From: Ramazzottius varieornatus
Taxonomy: Eukaryota > Animalia > Tardigrada
NCBI GenBank assembly: GCA_001949185.1
Contig: BDGG01000001.1
Span: forward strand, 1,608,263 to 1,672,262
Direction: 5' to 3'
DNA: 64,000 nt
Below, one piece after another: positions 43,619 through 56,520 of the stretch (the first letter of the stretch is position 1; each line of letters starts with the position of its first letter). Both the position numbers and the translations under genes were made by a program. Under the pieces are notes generated by a model that ran no database searches, had not been told where the DNA came from, and saw only the letters and a list, made by a program, of their open reading frames with translations.

Positions 43619-45033
43619 TTATCCTTCCAAAACTGTGCTTTTGGAATCCAGAATGTCCAGGACCTGACGGACACTCATATCGGCCATGGGGAAGCGCTGG
43701 CCCACCGAGTAGATCCAGCTGTTCCAGATAGCGGGAGCTTCGGTGCTACACTGTACCGCTTTGATCGCGTCCGCACCGCTTCGTTGCTGGACAGTGGCCA
43801 GGGCCGTGTTCAGTGTGGTCTGTGTGGCTTGCAGCCTGGCTCGCAGCGTGGAGGCTGGGCCATGGCTATTGCTGGTGTAGGTGGAGCTACGTTTCTTACT
43901 GGCTGTGCTGCAGCAGCTGACCGATTGACCGGTCGATGACGCGGAAGTACTCGTCTCAACGGTCAAGCCTACTTGTGGTGACGTCTCTGTGCCTACTGGA
44001 TCTTCGGCCTCATTACTGTGTGTCGACTCTGCGCCTACCGATGGTACCGTAACGGGAATGTACTCGTTGATGAGCGATTGGACTGAGACTGTGGAGCGAA
44101 CCAGCCGAGGCTCCCGTTTCTGGCGTTTGGCTCCTTCATGGAGGGCTTTATCATCTGCAATGGAACAAAGAGAGGCATGTGATGAGACGGAAAAGAGAGC
44201 AGCGAGAAGAAATCATAATCGTTGACCTAGTTCGAACGTTGGCGAGCAGAGTATGACACTTATTACGGTCCTTGCCCCCGTGGCACTCACTCGTGCTTGT
44301 CTTCTCTTGATCGCTCGCGCGGCCTGACCACTTCGCACTCTGTCTGGCGCTGTTTACTCTCTGACGTACGTACGTCCACCCCGAGCACTTACCGTTGCAT
44401 TCCCGCTTGGCCACGCGCTCGTCCGGCACACAGTGCAGCTGCTGTTGGCGAGCCGTGGAGTGCACGTGGTGGTGCGCCGTTGTGGACACTGCCGACCGAA
44501 CGGGTTGATGGCTGGAGGCATGACGCGGCTGTTGATGGTGATGATGATGGGAACAAACCGCATCCGTCGAAGAGCTGACATCTCCCACAGAGACTGGCAA
44601 TGACTTTTTCGATTCCAAGTATTCCTGTGAAGGAAAAACGGGACACACATCAAGCACGATCACGAACCAAGTCAGTCAACCTTCCCAACGGATAAAAAAA
44701 GGCCAATCTTCTTACCGCTTCTGTTATGAGATTCAGGCGTAATTTTCCATCTGAACATCGGTACAGCTTGTAGTAAATTCCCACTGGTCGACTTCCTCCA
44801 GATACCCCCGACGGAATCGGCACTGCAGACACACAAAAAGCAGTTGGAAGCAATGGAGTAAACAAGGAAGTACGTTAGTGGGCAGTGGGCAATGGGCCCA
44901 TGGTTGGCCGTATGGGCTGAATGTGGGCTTCTGGGCGTCATATACTGGGCAGTGGGCAAACACATCTTGGAAACCCGTCAAACAAGGACATACTTGTGAC
45001 ATCATGGAACTTTTTGCTTTTGGCATTTGCCAT
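43619..45033 (-). CDS. Multi-exon protein of unknown function, His/Ser-rich
   Basis: Phase-compatible exons MANAKSKKFHDVT|MPIPSGVSGGSRPVGIYYKLYRCSDGKLRLNLITEA|EYLESKK...HHHHHQQP...|...IWNSWIYSVGQRF...LEG*. May extend 5' to ~45445. Confidence 0.6.
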
Positions 45034-48000
45034 GAATACTCCTATGTTCGAATTTCAGTTCTTTTTGGTTACTGCCGAGATTTAGACTTCTTTTTGGTTT
45101 ATGATTTCAGCGCGATGGAATATTGTTTAGTGGTCAATGTATGGTCAGGACCGGTCATTCACATTTCGGCCCCTTCGTATGCTTTCTTTTGTAGGCATAC
45201 TTAACCCGGGCTATGACACGGGTCGATCACCATCTGATTTCTGTGGAGACCGACACTGATGGGGGCGAAATAGAGTAGAGCGCCACAGCTTCCTGTCTGC
45301 CTCATTACCATGATTGTCCCGGTAGTCTATCATCTCCTGTTCCCACGGCCCCAGCTAAAAACGACCTGTAGGTGTCAAGAAGGACGCCCATAGAGGTAAA
45401 CAGGCAGAAATCGAACTTACCAAATTCAGGAGCTTGTCGAGCCATGACAACCAGTCAGTCAACAATCAAAATCCGAAAAATTCCACAATTTGCACAGTAG
45501 GCCAAACAAGGAGGTAATCCGAAACAAACGGTGTAGGACAATGCCCACTTGGGAGCCTAACCGACTGGTTCTTCAGTAGGAGCAAACCGTGCACGTTGAC
45601 CAGTGGATTTTCGGTAGGCGCAGCAGCTGACACTCAGCAGATAACGGGTAGGACTACAGCCGATTCTTGGGCGCACAATGGGAAAAACAAGGCAGCGTAG
45701 TATTCCGAACCCGGTCCGCACACTGCAAATTTGTTTAGACGTCAAAGCCAGGCAGGTCAGTCAGATGATAAAGAAGGCGCAGTTGGACGTTAAATCGGCC
45801 ATCAAAATTCCGTTCCTTCGCACCAGATATTTCATCGCAAAGTACTGATAAAAGTTCGTTGGAACGGTTGGAAAAATATTCACTTCACAGCTCAGCACAA
45901 ACAGAGTAGCGCGATCGACCCACAGCAGCCACCAAGGAGTAATATATATCGAGCTCGTCATAAAACGCGCGCTCTCTCTCTCTGTCTCGCTCGAAGCAGG
46001 CTGAACAACATCAGCGGCTGCTGGCTGGCAGGCTGCTGTAACACACAGGCAAGCGAGCGAGCGAGCGAGCGAACGTACGATCGAGCGAGCGATGTTTCAA
46101 CCGTTTGATCCGAGGTCGCCGCTTGTCCCTTTCTTTGGCTCTTTCCCCTCGCTCAGCACCACACGAACTGACTGGCTGGCCACGAACCTACGGACCAACA
46201 ATATCTCCTCTCTCTCATAACACCCGTGGTAATGTAAGAGCTTGTTCCGCGCGTCGTTGGACAAATTAATGCCACATACACTCGAGCTAGAGCCAACCGT
46301 CGTACTCTTTGGCAGAAATGAGATGACCCCTTGCTATAACATATCGCTCGAGCGTGTTCCTCCACATGTTACTGTACATAGTGTATGTGTATATGATTAT
46401 TACTGACGAGCGTCTTTAGGCGTTGAACGCGAGGCCGGACTTTCCTGTCTCTTGTCAAGCGGGCCAATCTTAGGTGAGAGGTCTCAGCGAGATGCTGCTG
46501 ATGGTGAAGAAAAGAAGGAAGCTACGAGCGCCATCGTCAGGCCGCTAAACTGACCGGTACGGGGCAGACGTTACCGGCCACAGATCGAGGCATGACTCAA
46601 ATGGAATGGGGCTGACGACCTGTCCCAGTACAGTGTAGGCCATTCACTCGGCTGACCACGTGGTTTGCAGCTTTTAGACTACGCACCACGTGCAAGGGGC
46701 GGGCGTACGCCGTACAGAACTTTCCCACCTGACGTCACAGTGAGGCCTGGCTGGTCAACGACTTGTCGCAAGATTACTGACTAGTGACTACACCTCTTTG
46801 CCCATTAGCGAGCTGCTAGAAATAAGAAAACGGAACATGCTGTCTCCCACTGGAGTTGGGATAAAGCTTTTCTGGAAGAGGTGGGAAGATTGCGGGGAAA
46901 TCGAGTCTCTTGTGGCCTGGATTCCACTTCGTTAGTCTGGCTGAGTCAATTGGAGAGTCATTGACCGTTGTCACGTGTCCGTCTGCGCCTCTTTGAATAA
47001 ATAACCACAATAGAGACAATATAGTGGCTCGTTATGGAGTAGGAGGGACAGATTGCCGTTGCTGTACACAGTAGGACATCCGCACGTTGCAGCCCTGGCC
47101 CCAGGTAATCCGCACTTCCGCCTACCGCGGGCTTTCTTCCAGTTTCGCACGTTCTTCCTCGGTGGGTTTAGCACGAAAGCCTTCCCTTCGGGTTGCGTGT
47201 GCTGTGTGTCTGTTGTGGTTGCGTGTGGAGATTTCTTGTGGAATCAGGAAGTTTCAGCTGTCCCCTTTTTCTGGTACCGGAAGTCAGTAACAAGCTCAAC
47301 GAGCGGCGCAGTAAAGCATGCAATGAAAGTCACTGAAAGCGTTCTCGCTCCGGTGGGAAATGAGAGCAATTGTAGCCACGCAGTGCAAGGAACTCTGTTT
47401 CGCTTCTGAAAAGAAACGAGAGCATGGTCGGGTATTGTGCCACTTTCCCCGGCCACAGTTATTACGACATAGGTAAACACTGTATTGCAGACTCATCCGT
47501 CTCACATAGACCACCCTGATCCACCTGGAAGCACTGTCTGAAGGAAGTCATTCACCTTCTCACCTCCTTCATGATCACCCCCTACGGTAAATTAATTCCC
47601 ATTTGAAACACGACAGTGAAACCCAGCAGCTGGTTTTGGCGGTGCTGAACAGTCTTGAAAAAGAACTTCCTTACGATGAATGGAGTGTCATGCGAAAACG
47701 CAAACTTTCTGGAAGTTGCTCGACCCGGAAATGGGTACATTTGTGTGGTTCTCGCCTTCTCGGCCTGGTTTTGAATGACGGTGGCGCCACCGACATGTGC
47801 AGTACAGTGGTAAGCCTAGCTGTGTTAATCAAATCAACCGTATTGATAAACAAATCAACGAAGGCCAATCAATCGTACAGTGAACAGGGCATACTGGAGG
47901 CGACCCGAAGTTGATGTTCCCAGTCTCCTGACGAGACTTCTTTCCTTGCTTCCTAAGCGGCCGATCTTCTTTCGTACCGTTAGGTGTTCGTAGGTCTATA

Positions 48001-49087
48001 ATCCGTTTCTCTCGTATTGAGAGACTTCCGAGGAATCCATTGACGGCATCAGAGAAGGAGTAGTTCGTTAGAAGAGCATCCACTGATCTGGCGCAACCAT
48101 TACGGACTCATCTTCCTTGAACCCATAAAGTTTCCTCCAAGTCGATGAGGGATGACGGCACAGATCTTGGGGATTGATCGCATGCAAGGTGTCCTGGGAT
48201 ACGTGATACTCAACGAAGATGGGGCCGTCATGAACGTAAGTCCGTCGTTCGAAGAGTGAAGATATAGCTATACGAAAAGGTAGCGTACTATACCGGCTGC
48301 ACAGTCTCGCTCTGAGTGGCCAGCACATTGACGTCAAGCACGCGATTCCTGTAGTGCGCGCATGATTTCTCCTACTGCGCAGTGTGCGCTCCGCCCCCCC
48401 CCTCACTTCAGAAAAGACAGTGAGGGAAGTGTGGGACTGCCATTTCGTATAGCTATAAGTGAAGACGACGAGAGTTATTCTTTCGCTTTCGGTTGCCTTA
48501 TGTTGATCACCGTCTACCGCTTTACAGTCATCAGGAGACCTGAAGAACAACGAGAACATGTCAGATGCCGTTCTGGGTCTGCTGAAAACAATTCAAAAGG
48601 GAAAGTCTGTAATCTGCAAGGATGAAGAGTTCCTCGACGTACAGAGTCAGTCTGATAAACTCAATACCATTCTTTTTGTTATCGTAAACTCCTACCTGTC
48701 CTTTTGTTTCGTATAGTTTATTGGAAAGGAGCGATGTACATGGTCTTTCGTCAAGCACAGAAAATCTGCTTGGTAAAAAGAAAAGTGGACATGGATAACG
48801 GGACTTCACTGATATGACAACCTCGACTTTCCAGAAGACTTCCTCCTTCGAGAAAACCACTTCTTTCAGTTGAATCTCCGCTGTCGAAGTTCGCAGTTTA
48901 GCCTCGTTAGATTTATCCCATTTAGAATTTCACTCATGTATGTCGTCAATCATATGACGTTCTTTTCATGATCTTGTACAGAATAATCTATTGAAACCGA
49001 AGGATGAAACGACAAACTGGAAAACCCGTCAGTAAAACTCATCAAACAGTCAACACGTTTAGTTACTGCAGAACCCGTCGGAATTAA

Positions 49088-50748
49088 TCACGAGCTTTTA
49101 CCGAGTAGTTTGATAGATTTCTGTATGCTAATATTCAGCGCAGGATTCACCGGTCTTAGAAGAGCAGGTTGAGAAACTCCTTCGTCAGAAACGTCGGGCT
49201 CCTCTCTCGAGGAGCTGCCGTACCTCCTCAGCATGGACAACCCGCTGATACACAAATACGCATGCATCGGATCTGCAACAAACATCCCGTTACATTCAGT
49301 GAAGACATCTTTTGTATAAAACATTCAAGTAGTAGGGATTTCAATAACTAAAAGGACACACTTACCAGAACGCGAACTTGGCCATTTAGCGAAGCCACCG
49401 ATGATGGCATCTTGTGTTTCCATACAGAATGCGTTAAGCCGTCTTTCATCCACAAAAGAACTAGCTCCAAGCATCTGAAGAATTTTAAAGACAGTGAAGT
49501 AGCGGAAGATATCGACAAGGAACAGATTCGTACCTTCAGGGACGCTCCTATCCAGAATGTGTAGCAAGAGTCTTCCGGTTTGTTCGGTCGTCCCGTGAAC
49601 CCGCGGACTTGCCTCAATACAAGCCACCTTATCAGCTGCATCCTTTCTTTACTACCCGAAGCGATTTCTGCAGGTCTCTCTGCGGGAAATAGTTCGTCTA
49701 AAGACGGAAAGCTTCTATCGCAGTCGGACGGGACTAGTCCTTTCCGCTTGGCAGTGCAAAGAAGGAACAGCGAGGCTACAGCACAGTAGGTCGAGCCACC
49801 GTGACACTCTGCACCAGGAACTTGAGCAAAACCGCCTTCGTACGTCTACAAGACCAGGCTAGACTGACGCCGAAACATATTTCAAGGAAAAATGACGGAC
49901 AAGTCTAGGAAAGATACTTTACTCGGCTTTTCCAAATGAAGTCCAGCATCTTCTCCACATCAATGCCGCTCCAGTCGTTCGTCATCTCGCTGATGGCACA
50001 CGCACAATAGACAAACCTCATATCGCTCTCATAATCCTCCGAAAAGGCTTCAAAGAAAGTAGACGGGTCTTTCCGGAGGATATTGAGTGCGCCATGAAAG
50101 CTAAAACAGACAAATGGGAATGGAAATGAATATATTTCGAATATGCAGACACAATGGCGCATGACGCCAATGAACCAGTGCGTACATTGCGCACTTCGCC
50201 GCGACGTCACAAACCTCACTCAGATAACCCGGAAAATGGATGTACCTTCCGCTTCCAGACTGTGAATGGCGCAGCAACTGCCGGATGCCTCCACGGTCAA
50301 CTCCCGACAAATTATCTTCTAGTATCACCAGTGTGCAAAGAGTAGCGTAAGTTCTGGCAAGACCTGGACCGGGTAGAAAGCCGTGAGGAGACTGTAGAGA
50401 AACTGCGTTGAGCGAGACGTCGCTCAGGCTTCCGTAGAATCCACCCACCCCGAACAAACGGTAATTGCACTGGAGCGAATACACGAAAGAGACTAGGGTT
50501 TCTTTTCTCTTCTGCAAGCTTTCCTTGGCTTTCAGGAGGTCCAGACCGCTGACGCAAAAGTACACAACCGTCATCCTGAAACGAGAAAATTGTCGGATAA
50601 GCACCGATAGTTTTTCAGACGAAGGCTGCACTTACAAGTTGGGCTCCTGTGAGGCAAATGCAGCTGGAACTCCATCCAGCATTCGTTCGAAGTACTTGAT
50701 ATGCCTCGTACGCTGAAAATCGGAAGGCTCGGTGAAACCGCCATCCAT
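49088..50748 (-). CDS. PGGT1B: Geranylgeranyl transferase type I beta subunit
   Basis: FQRTRHIKYFERML, YFCVSGLDLL, ESDMRFVYCACAI, ECHGGSTYCAVASL, GFTGRPNKPEDSCYTFWIGASL, GGFAKW and DPMHAYLCISGLS. Confidence 0.95.
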
Positions 50749-50814
50749 CTTTCAGGATTCTTCCACGAAGGTCGAAAACCAGAAGAAAAGATTAGAAAAA
50801 AAACCAAGGTTTTG

Positions 50815-50864
50815 CCAGAGTGATATCACTCTGGTTATATCACTCTGGTTATATCACTCTGGTT
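50815..50864. repeat. 20-bp palindrome overlapping a 3x14-bp tandem repeat
   Basis: CCAGAGTGAT|ATCACTCTGG (50815-34) and (ATATCACTCTGGTT)3 at 50823-64. Confidence 0.9.
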
Positions 50865-51184
50865 TTGCTTTAATTTTGACTTGTAGATCAATCAACGAGA
50901 AAATGGTCCTCTCAATCAATTGTACCTTTTACTGCGTCGATGCAGTCTTGTGGTCAGGGGACTCAATGGCAGCGGCAGTTATCAATCAACTAAAGCCCTG
51001 CAAATTTCTGGTTTCATTTTTTCGGTGGCCATTTTTCCGCATTTTGAGTTCCGACTTGTCTGCATCCTGGAATCCTGTTCTAGCCCTAGTGGTCCTTTCA
51101 GGTTTGAGTCCAAACGTCCCGAGACCTTATGCAGAGAGGTAAGTCGTCTGCGTTATCCTACAAAAGCGTCTTCCCTTCGCAGTC

Positions 51185-52055
51185 ATGGACGTTGCTTCAC
51201 CTCCCATCCCTCAACCTGTCTCCACTCTGTATATCAACAACCTGAACGAGAAGCTGAAACGTAAGCGTCTGCAAGATTCCCTCCGCGCCGTCTTCAAGCA
51301 GTTTGGCGAGATCCTAGCCATTCACTGCTGGCCCAAGTCTTTATCAAGAAAAGGCCAAGCCTGGGTGATATTTCGCGATGTTCCCGCAGCTGTCAAAGCT
51401 CAGCAGTCAATGCAGGGCTTTCCTTTCTACGAAAAGGCCATGAACATCCAGTTTGCTCGTGCTGAGTCCGATTTGATTGCTAAAGCCAAAGGTACTTTCG
51501 TCCCGAAACCCAAGAAGAAGCCTGGAGAGAAGAAGCCAAAGCCCAAGAAAGATGCTCCAATGGTAGCAGGTAATTTCGAGTTGGTCCATGACATCATGAT
51601 GCTACGTAGATTTGTCGTACTGTATGGATACCTTATGCGCGAGTTTATTGATGGTAGTATTTGTGTGATATGTTGTCATGTCAGCGGTCTGTAACATGAT
51701 AATATGTATTACATTTGATGTCAAGTGACTCAAATCTTTGCTGCTTTTAGCTTCGGCCATGCCTGGCATGGAAGTCCGACCTGCGCCCATCAATCCAGAA
51801 AATATTCCTGACACTGCTCCTCCACATAACATCCTCTTCGTAACGAATCTACCTCCGGAAGGTGGAGAAGAATTCCTGAGCCAGATGTTCCAGCAGTATC
51901 AAGGCTTCAGGGAAGTCCGAATGGTTCCCAGCAGGCCCGACATCGCCTTCGTGGAATACGAAACGGAAGTCCACGCGGCTGTCGCCAAAGAGCAGATGCA
52001 GGGATTCAAGGTTACACCTACCCACAAGATCAAGATCGTCTTCGCGAAGAAATAG
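51185..52055 (+). CDS. SNRPA: U1A/U2B''/SNF family snRNP protein (two RRMs)
   Basis: TLYINNLNEKL...GQAWVIF...MQGFPFYEKAMNIQFA, and RRM2 PPHNILFVTNLP...FREVRMVP...IAFVEY...IVFAKK*. U1A versus U2B'' is not resolved. Confidence 0.93.
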
Positions 52056-52457
52056 GAATACTGTCTCGTGCTCCTCCCGATATTCTGTCACGGTCACCAC
52101 GGAACGATGTCGTTAGACAACATTCTTCCACTCTACTCAGAACAATGTTTCGATAATCCTGTTCATGGGAGAGAACCACTGGATGTTGGGAGGGAGAATG
52201 ATGTCTACTGAATGACTTATTACACTTCGTATTCTTTGTCTAGTGTACTTGTTCAGACGTTTTCCTCGCTCAGTGACTTCCGGCGTGTGGGCTGATTAGA
52301 AGGCAACGAACGCTCAACGGAGGACACAATGTATAAAACGGTTAATCACTGTCATCGACGCCGAGTATGGCATATTATCAGCAATTAATCGCGCAGAAGG
52401 TAACTCAAGAAAAGCGAAGCCAGTACAAAACTGTCGGTCGCACTGTCGAAAGAATGA

Positions 52458-53758
52458 TCAAGGTATCTTTGCGGTCAACTCCGACCTTCCTTCGGATTCT
52501 TTCTCTGCGACGCTGGATCGATGAGGTTTTACGGCACTGGAACTTGTTTTCGAAGATACTGAGGTCCGAGAACCCATTGAATGTCTGGAGGATTTTGGCA
52601 GGGAACCTGCTGATGTTGTGCCACCTACTGCATCCTCTTCCGCCTCATCGTCCTCGCCGGTCTCTTCTTCCGGATCTTCGGGTTCTTCCTGTTGTTCGGC
52701 TTCTGTGTCTTCGCTGTCGGGTAGCAGTTGCGGCACGATCTGTTGCTCCTGTGGCACGTTCTCTTCCGGGAGGATGACTTCCGGCAATTCACCACTGTAC
52801 TTTTGCAGGTCCTCCAGATCGTCACTGAATGCTTGCGATCTGTACGCGGAAAAAGTGTGATTCACAGAACTTGTCTCATTTGACCCTCTCCAACGAACTT
52901 ATCAATTTATAACCGCTGATCAACGACAGTAAATACAGTCCTCAAAAGAACGACGGCGAGATCGCACTTACAAAAGCGTGCAAAAGTCTTCGCGTCTGAC
53001 TTCTTCGCCAATGTTTTTCCAGTCGATATGCCTTTCCAAGTCCAGTAAAGATGTCACTAGATTGAATCGAACGGAATTTGAAGCTTGAGAGTTTTGCGGA
53101 GCTTTAACCGAAACCGTCAACCGGTGGAGCTGCAGGAGCTCCTCGCAGTGACATCACCGACATTACATCGAACCATCTACCGACCTTCTTTAAAGTGCTG
53201 AAGAGCGATGAAGCCCTCGCCCAGTGGATCCAACATTCCATAAAATATCGGGATATTTTCCGGCGAGAAGATGTACGGATCGAGATTCTCTGGATTCTCT
53301 CTGATCCCTTCCTCCTTCCCGTTCCCAAGCTCAACTACCACTTTCGACTGTGAATCACTCACTCTTCCAGGTCTAAAACCTTTACTCCTTGTCGAATGAA
53401 GCGAATTTTGACTATCTTGTGTCAACACCGAATCTAGAGTTTCCGGAACAGACGTGTTCGACTTAGACTTGACGGAAGACGACCCGGAAGCTCTGCTACC
53501 CAAACTGACCGAAGATGGGACATGCTCTATTTGCGGTCGTCCATTCTTTATCTTCGTTAACCAGTCCGCTGCATACTGGTTCAAATCCTCTGCAAGAATA
53601 AGAATATGGTAAACCGTAAAACATTCGCAAACCTCAATTAGAAACGCACCAGGTCGATCGTACATTATCGAAGTAGCCAACCGCTCAAAGAGACGCATCA
53701 GATCGTGCTGCTTCACATAGTCCTCCATTTCTTGTCTCAGTTCCAGATTCTCTGTCAT
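52458..53758 (-). CDS. EFCAB10-like protein (D/D docking domain, EF-hand-like segment, acidic tail)
   Basis: EDYVKQHDLMRLFERLATSIMYDRP|EDLNQYAADWLTKIK (RIIa/Dpy-30-like) and NIPIFYGMLDPLGEGFIALQHFKE; last exon rich in E/D/S. Confidence 0.7.
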
Positions 53759-54026
53759 TTCAACAACCCAAGACCACAGGATCTTTTCTTAACCTACTTC
53801 GGTAACTGCAGCTTTCATTTGGACGAAAACGAGTACGGAATGTTGCCCGGGAAACTGCACGATCGGTTGAGCTCAGTCTTCTCTTCGTGTTTTTATTCCT
53901 TCATTCAGACGAATTCTCTGAGCACTAGCCGCGAAAAGGTCGAATTCCAGGTGAAACAACGTCTGACTGAAGTGTTAGGGTTTCAAACGTGTCGAGAAAT
54001 CAAAGTGAAACTTTACGAAGAGAAAG

Positions 54027-55287
54027 CTAGATTTGGATCTTCTTAGCACCACCCTTGGACAAGAAGTCAGAGTGGACTGAATACAAAGTCTGGTTAAGCT
54101 TCATGTCAGGCCACAGATCGGGCGTCAAGTAGGAATAGGTCTTGGCCATTGCATCGTAAGTTGCCTTGGCTAGAAGAAGAGAGGTCAGAGATGCAAAACA
54201 AGCAGGACGGAAAACCGAACTGCAAAGGAAGTGGACGTAAAGACTTACCAAAGTTACCCAACGTTGCCGTTTGCCCAGCAGATGAAGTATGGCAGTCTTC
54301 TATTCCGGCCATATGAAGTAGCTTCTTGGGTACAGGTCCACTGACGATGCCAGTACCTCGGGGAGCAGGGATGAGGCGTACGAGGACACTGCCGCAGCGG
54401 CCAGTTACCTGTGGAAGAAAGTCTGTCATTCAGGACAGTCCATCAAATCAATAACTTCAATCAATTCATCGTTTCAGTTCTTGTCTGAAGATCCCAAACT
54501 CACCTTGCAAGGTACGGTATGAGGTTTACCGATCTTGTTACCCCAGTATCCTCGACGGACAGGGACAATGGCTAATTTCGCCAGGATGATGGCACCTCGG
54601 ATGGCGGTGGCGACTTCTTTGGATGCCTTCACACCGAGACCGATATGCCCATCTTGATCACCGATTGCCACGAAAGCCTGCACACAAAACCCTTTCTTAT
54701 CAGCCGTTGACAGTACTGGAAACCAGGCTGGCTGAAACTCTGAGCTTTGTGACGACGTCTCGCAAGTCGCAGGCACACCATCGAGAAAGTCTTCTCAAAT
54801 CGAACAGCACGGAACGAAGAACACTTGTAATTCGACTTTTTACCTTGAAACGTGTCCTCTGACCAGCCCGTGTTTGCTTCTGTACAGGCATAATCTTCAA
54901 CACTTCGTCATGAAGTTTAGGTCCGAGAAACAGGTCGATGATTTCGGCTTCCTGCAGAAGGCAATCCACATCAGTTATCACACGGCAATCAATCAGCTGG
55001 CAGTCAAACAAAGCCTTGAATGCCAGTCAGTTTGTCACCTTGATGGGTAAAGCGTGGTAGTAGATCTCTTCTAGCGAGGAGATCTTGCCATCCTTCACCA
55101 GACGTCCCAGCTTGGTCACAGGTACCCACTGCTTCTCCTCCTTGGCGCCTCGCCCACGTCCCCGACGTCCACCCCGTCCTCCTCGACGATCTCCACCACG
55201 ATCGCCGCGGTCTCCGCCGCCTCCACGGCCTCCTCGATCTCCCCCTCGTCCTCCAAAGCCTCCTCGGAATCCTCCTCGATCAGCCAT
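54027..55287 (-). CDS. RPS2: 40S ribosomal protein S2 (uS5)
   Basis: RGG-rich N-terminus, [56 protein letters not shown] and YSYLTPDLW. Confidence 0.99.
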
Positions 55288-56520
55288 ATTCGATTATGAT
55301 CCTGGCAAAAGCTGGAACGAAAGCTTCTACACTGTTTCACTTTGTGGGAGAAGCCACCGGTAAAAATTTTAAATGAAGTTCTTTGAGGTAACTCAGGTTT
55401 TCGTACTCGTACAGCGTGTAATTCCGATTGCGTCGTGTATCTTGCTGAAGTGCATGGAAAGTCGCACGGTGCAATTTCGTTGTTGGGTAGTTCCACTACG
55501 GAGGCACATACGGCTTGACATACGTGCCGATCCAAACCTTGCGCTCTGGAGTTGGCAACCTGTCCGTCCGTTCTTCACGGTTGATTTGTCGCGCTTGATT
55601 ACACATTCCGAAATTCCCGATTGATTCTCCATCTCGCCGCCAGTGTCCAAACTCCAGACTATCCCGTAACTTCAGTCTCCAGTACCTGATAGAGGCCATT
55701 GTTTGGCTGCACGTAGCCAGGATGGTTTGGTCAAAGGTTCGTGTAGGCTTGATGGGGATTGCTCGCCGAGCTAGACAGCTTCCGTTGCCAGAAAGCACCA
55801 GTGCAACCCTAGTGTTCTCTTCTCGACCCTGAAGCTACGGCTCCTTCCATATCCCGCTATTGAATTAGGCACGAAACTTCCGCGGCAGAGACCGTGACGA
55901 AGGATACTGAGCGTGTAAAGACCTTCGTTTCGCCTGGACAGCCTAATTGCGGCGGTGTCGGCAAATCATCGGCGAGAGCTTGGGCAATGAAATCAAGACC
56001 TTGGGAGAACTGTAGCAGCAGGAAATCGTCTCATTCTTGAGCTATACTACGGAAGTACCCCGTCGATGTACTTGGCTCAGAATGTAAATAAAGTTGCGAT
56101 CTGGTGTCGAGCTGCGGAACAGTGAGGAGTACAGAGATCAGCTAGAATGGTGGAAGCTTGAGGTAGGTGAAACCCAGCTAGCAGAAACCCAGTATCTGAA
56201 GACCTTACCTTTCTGTTATATGGATTTGGATGCTTAAGGTACTATGATATTGATATCCATTCGGCAATGGTGAATCATGTCTGGGAAACGTATCGTTTTC
56301 GTTCAGCAGATCGGCTTGCTGGGAATGAAGGAAATACACCACCATCCATGATAAGACCATCACATTACCACGTCTAGTCTATGCTCAGTCCCGCGTCAAC
56401 TTTTTATCGCGCCAACTAGCCCCCATGGAGAACGACCAACACATCTATTGATAAAACTCACATCATACAGAATCCATCATGAAAACTATGCATACAAGTC
56501 GAAATTAAATTATAAAATAT

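Noticed and set aside
55085-55363. Arg/Pro-rich + strand ORF
   Set aside because: Antisense of the RPS2 RGG repeat.
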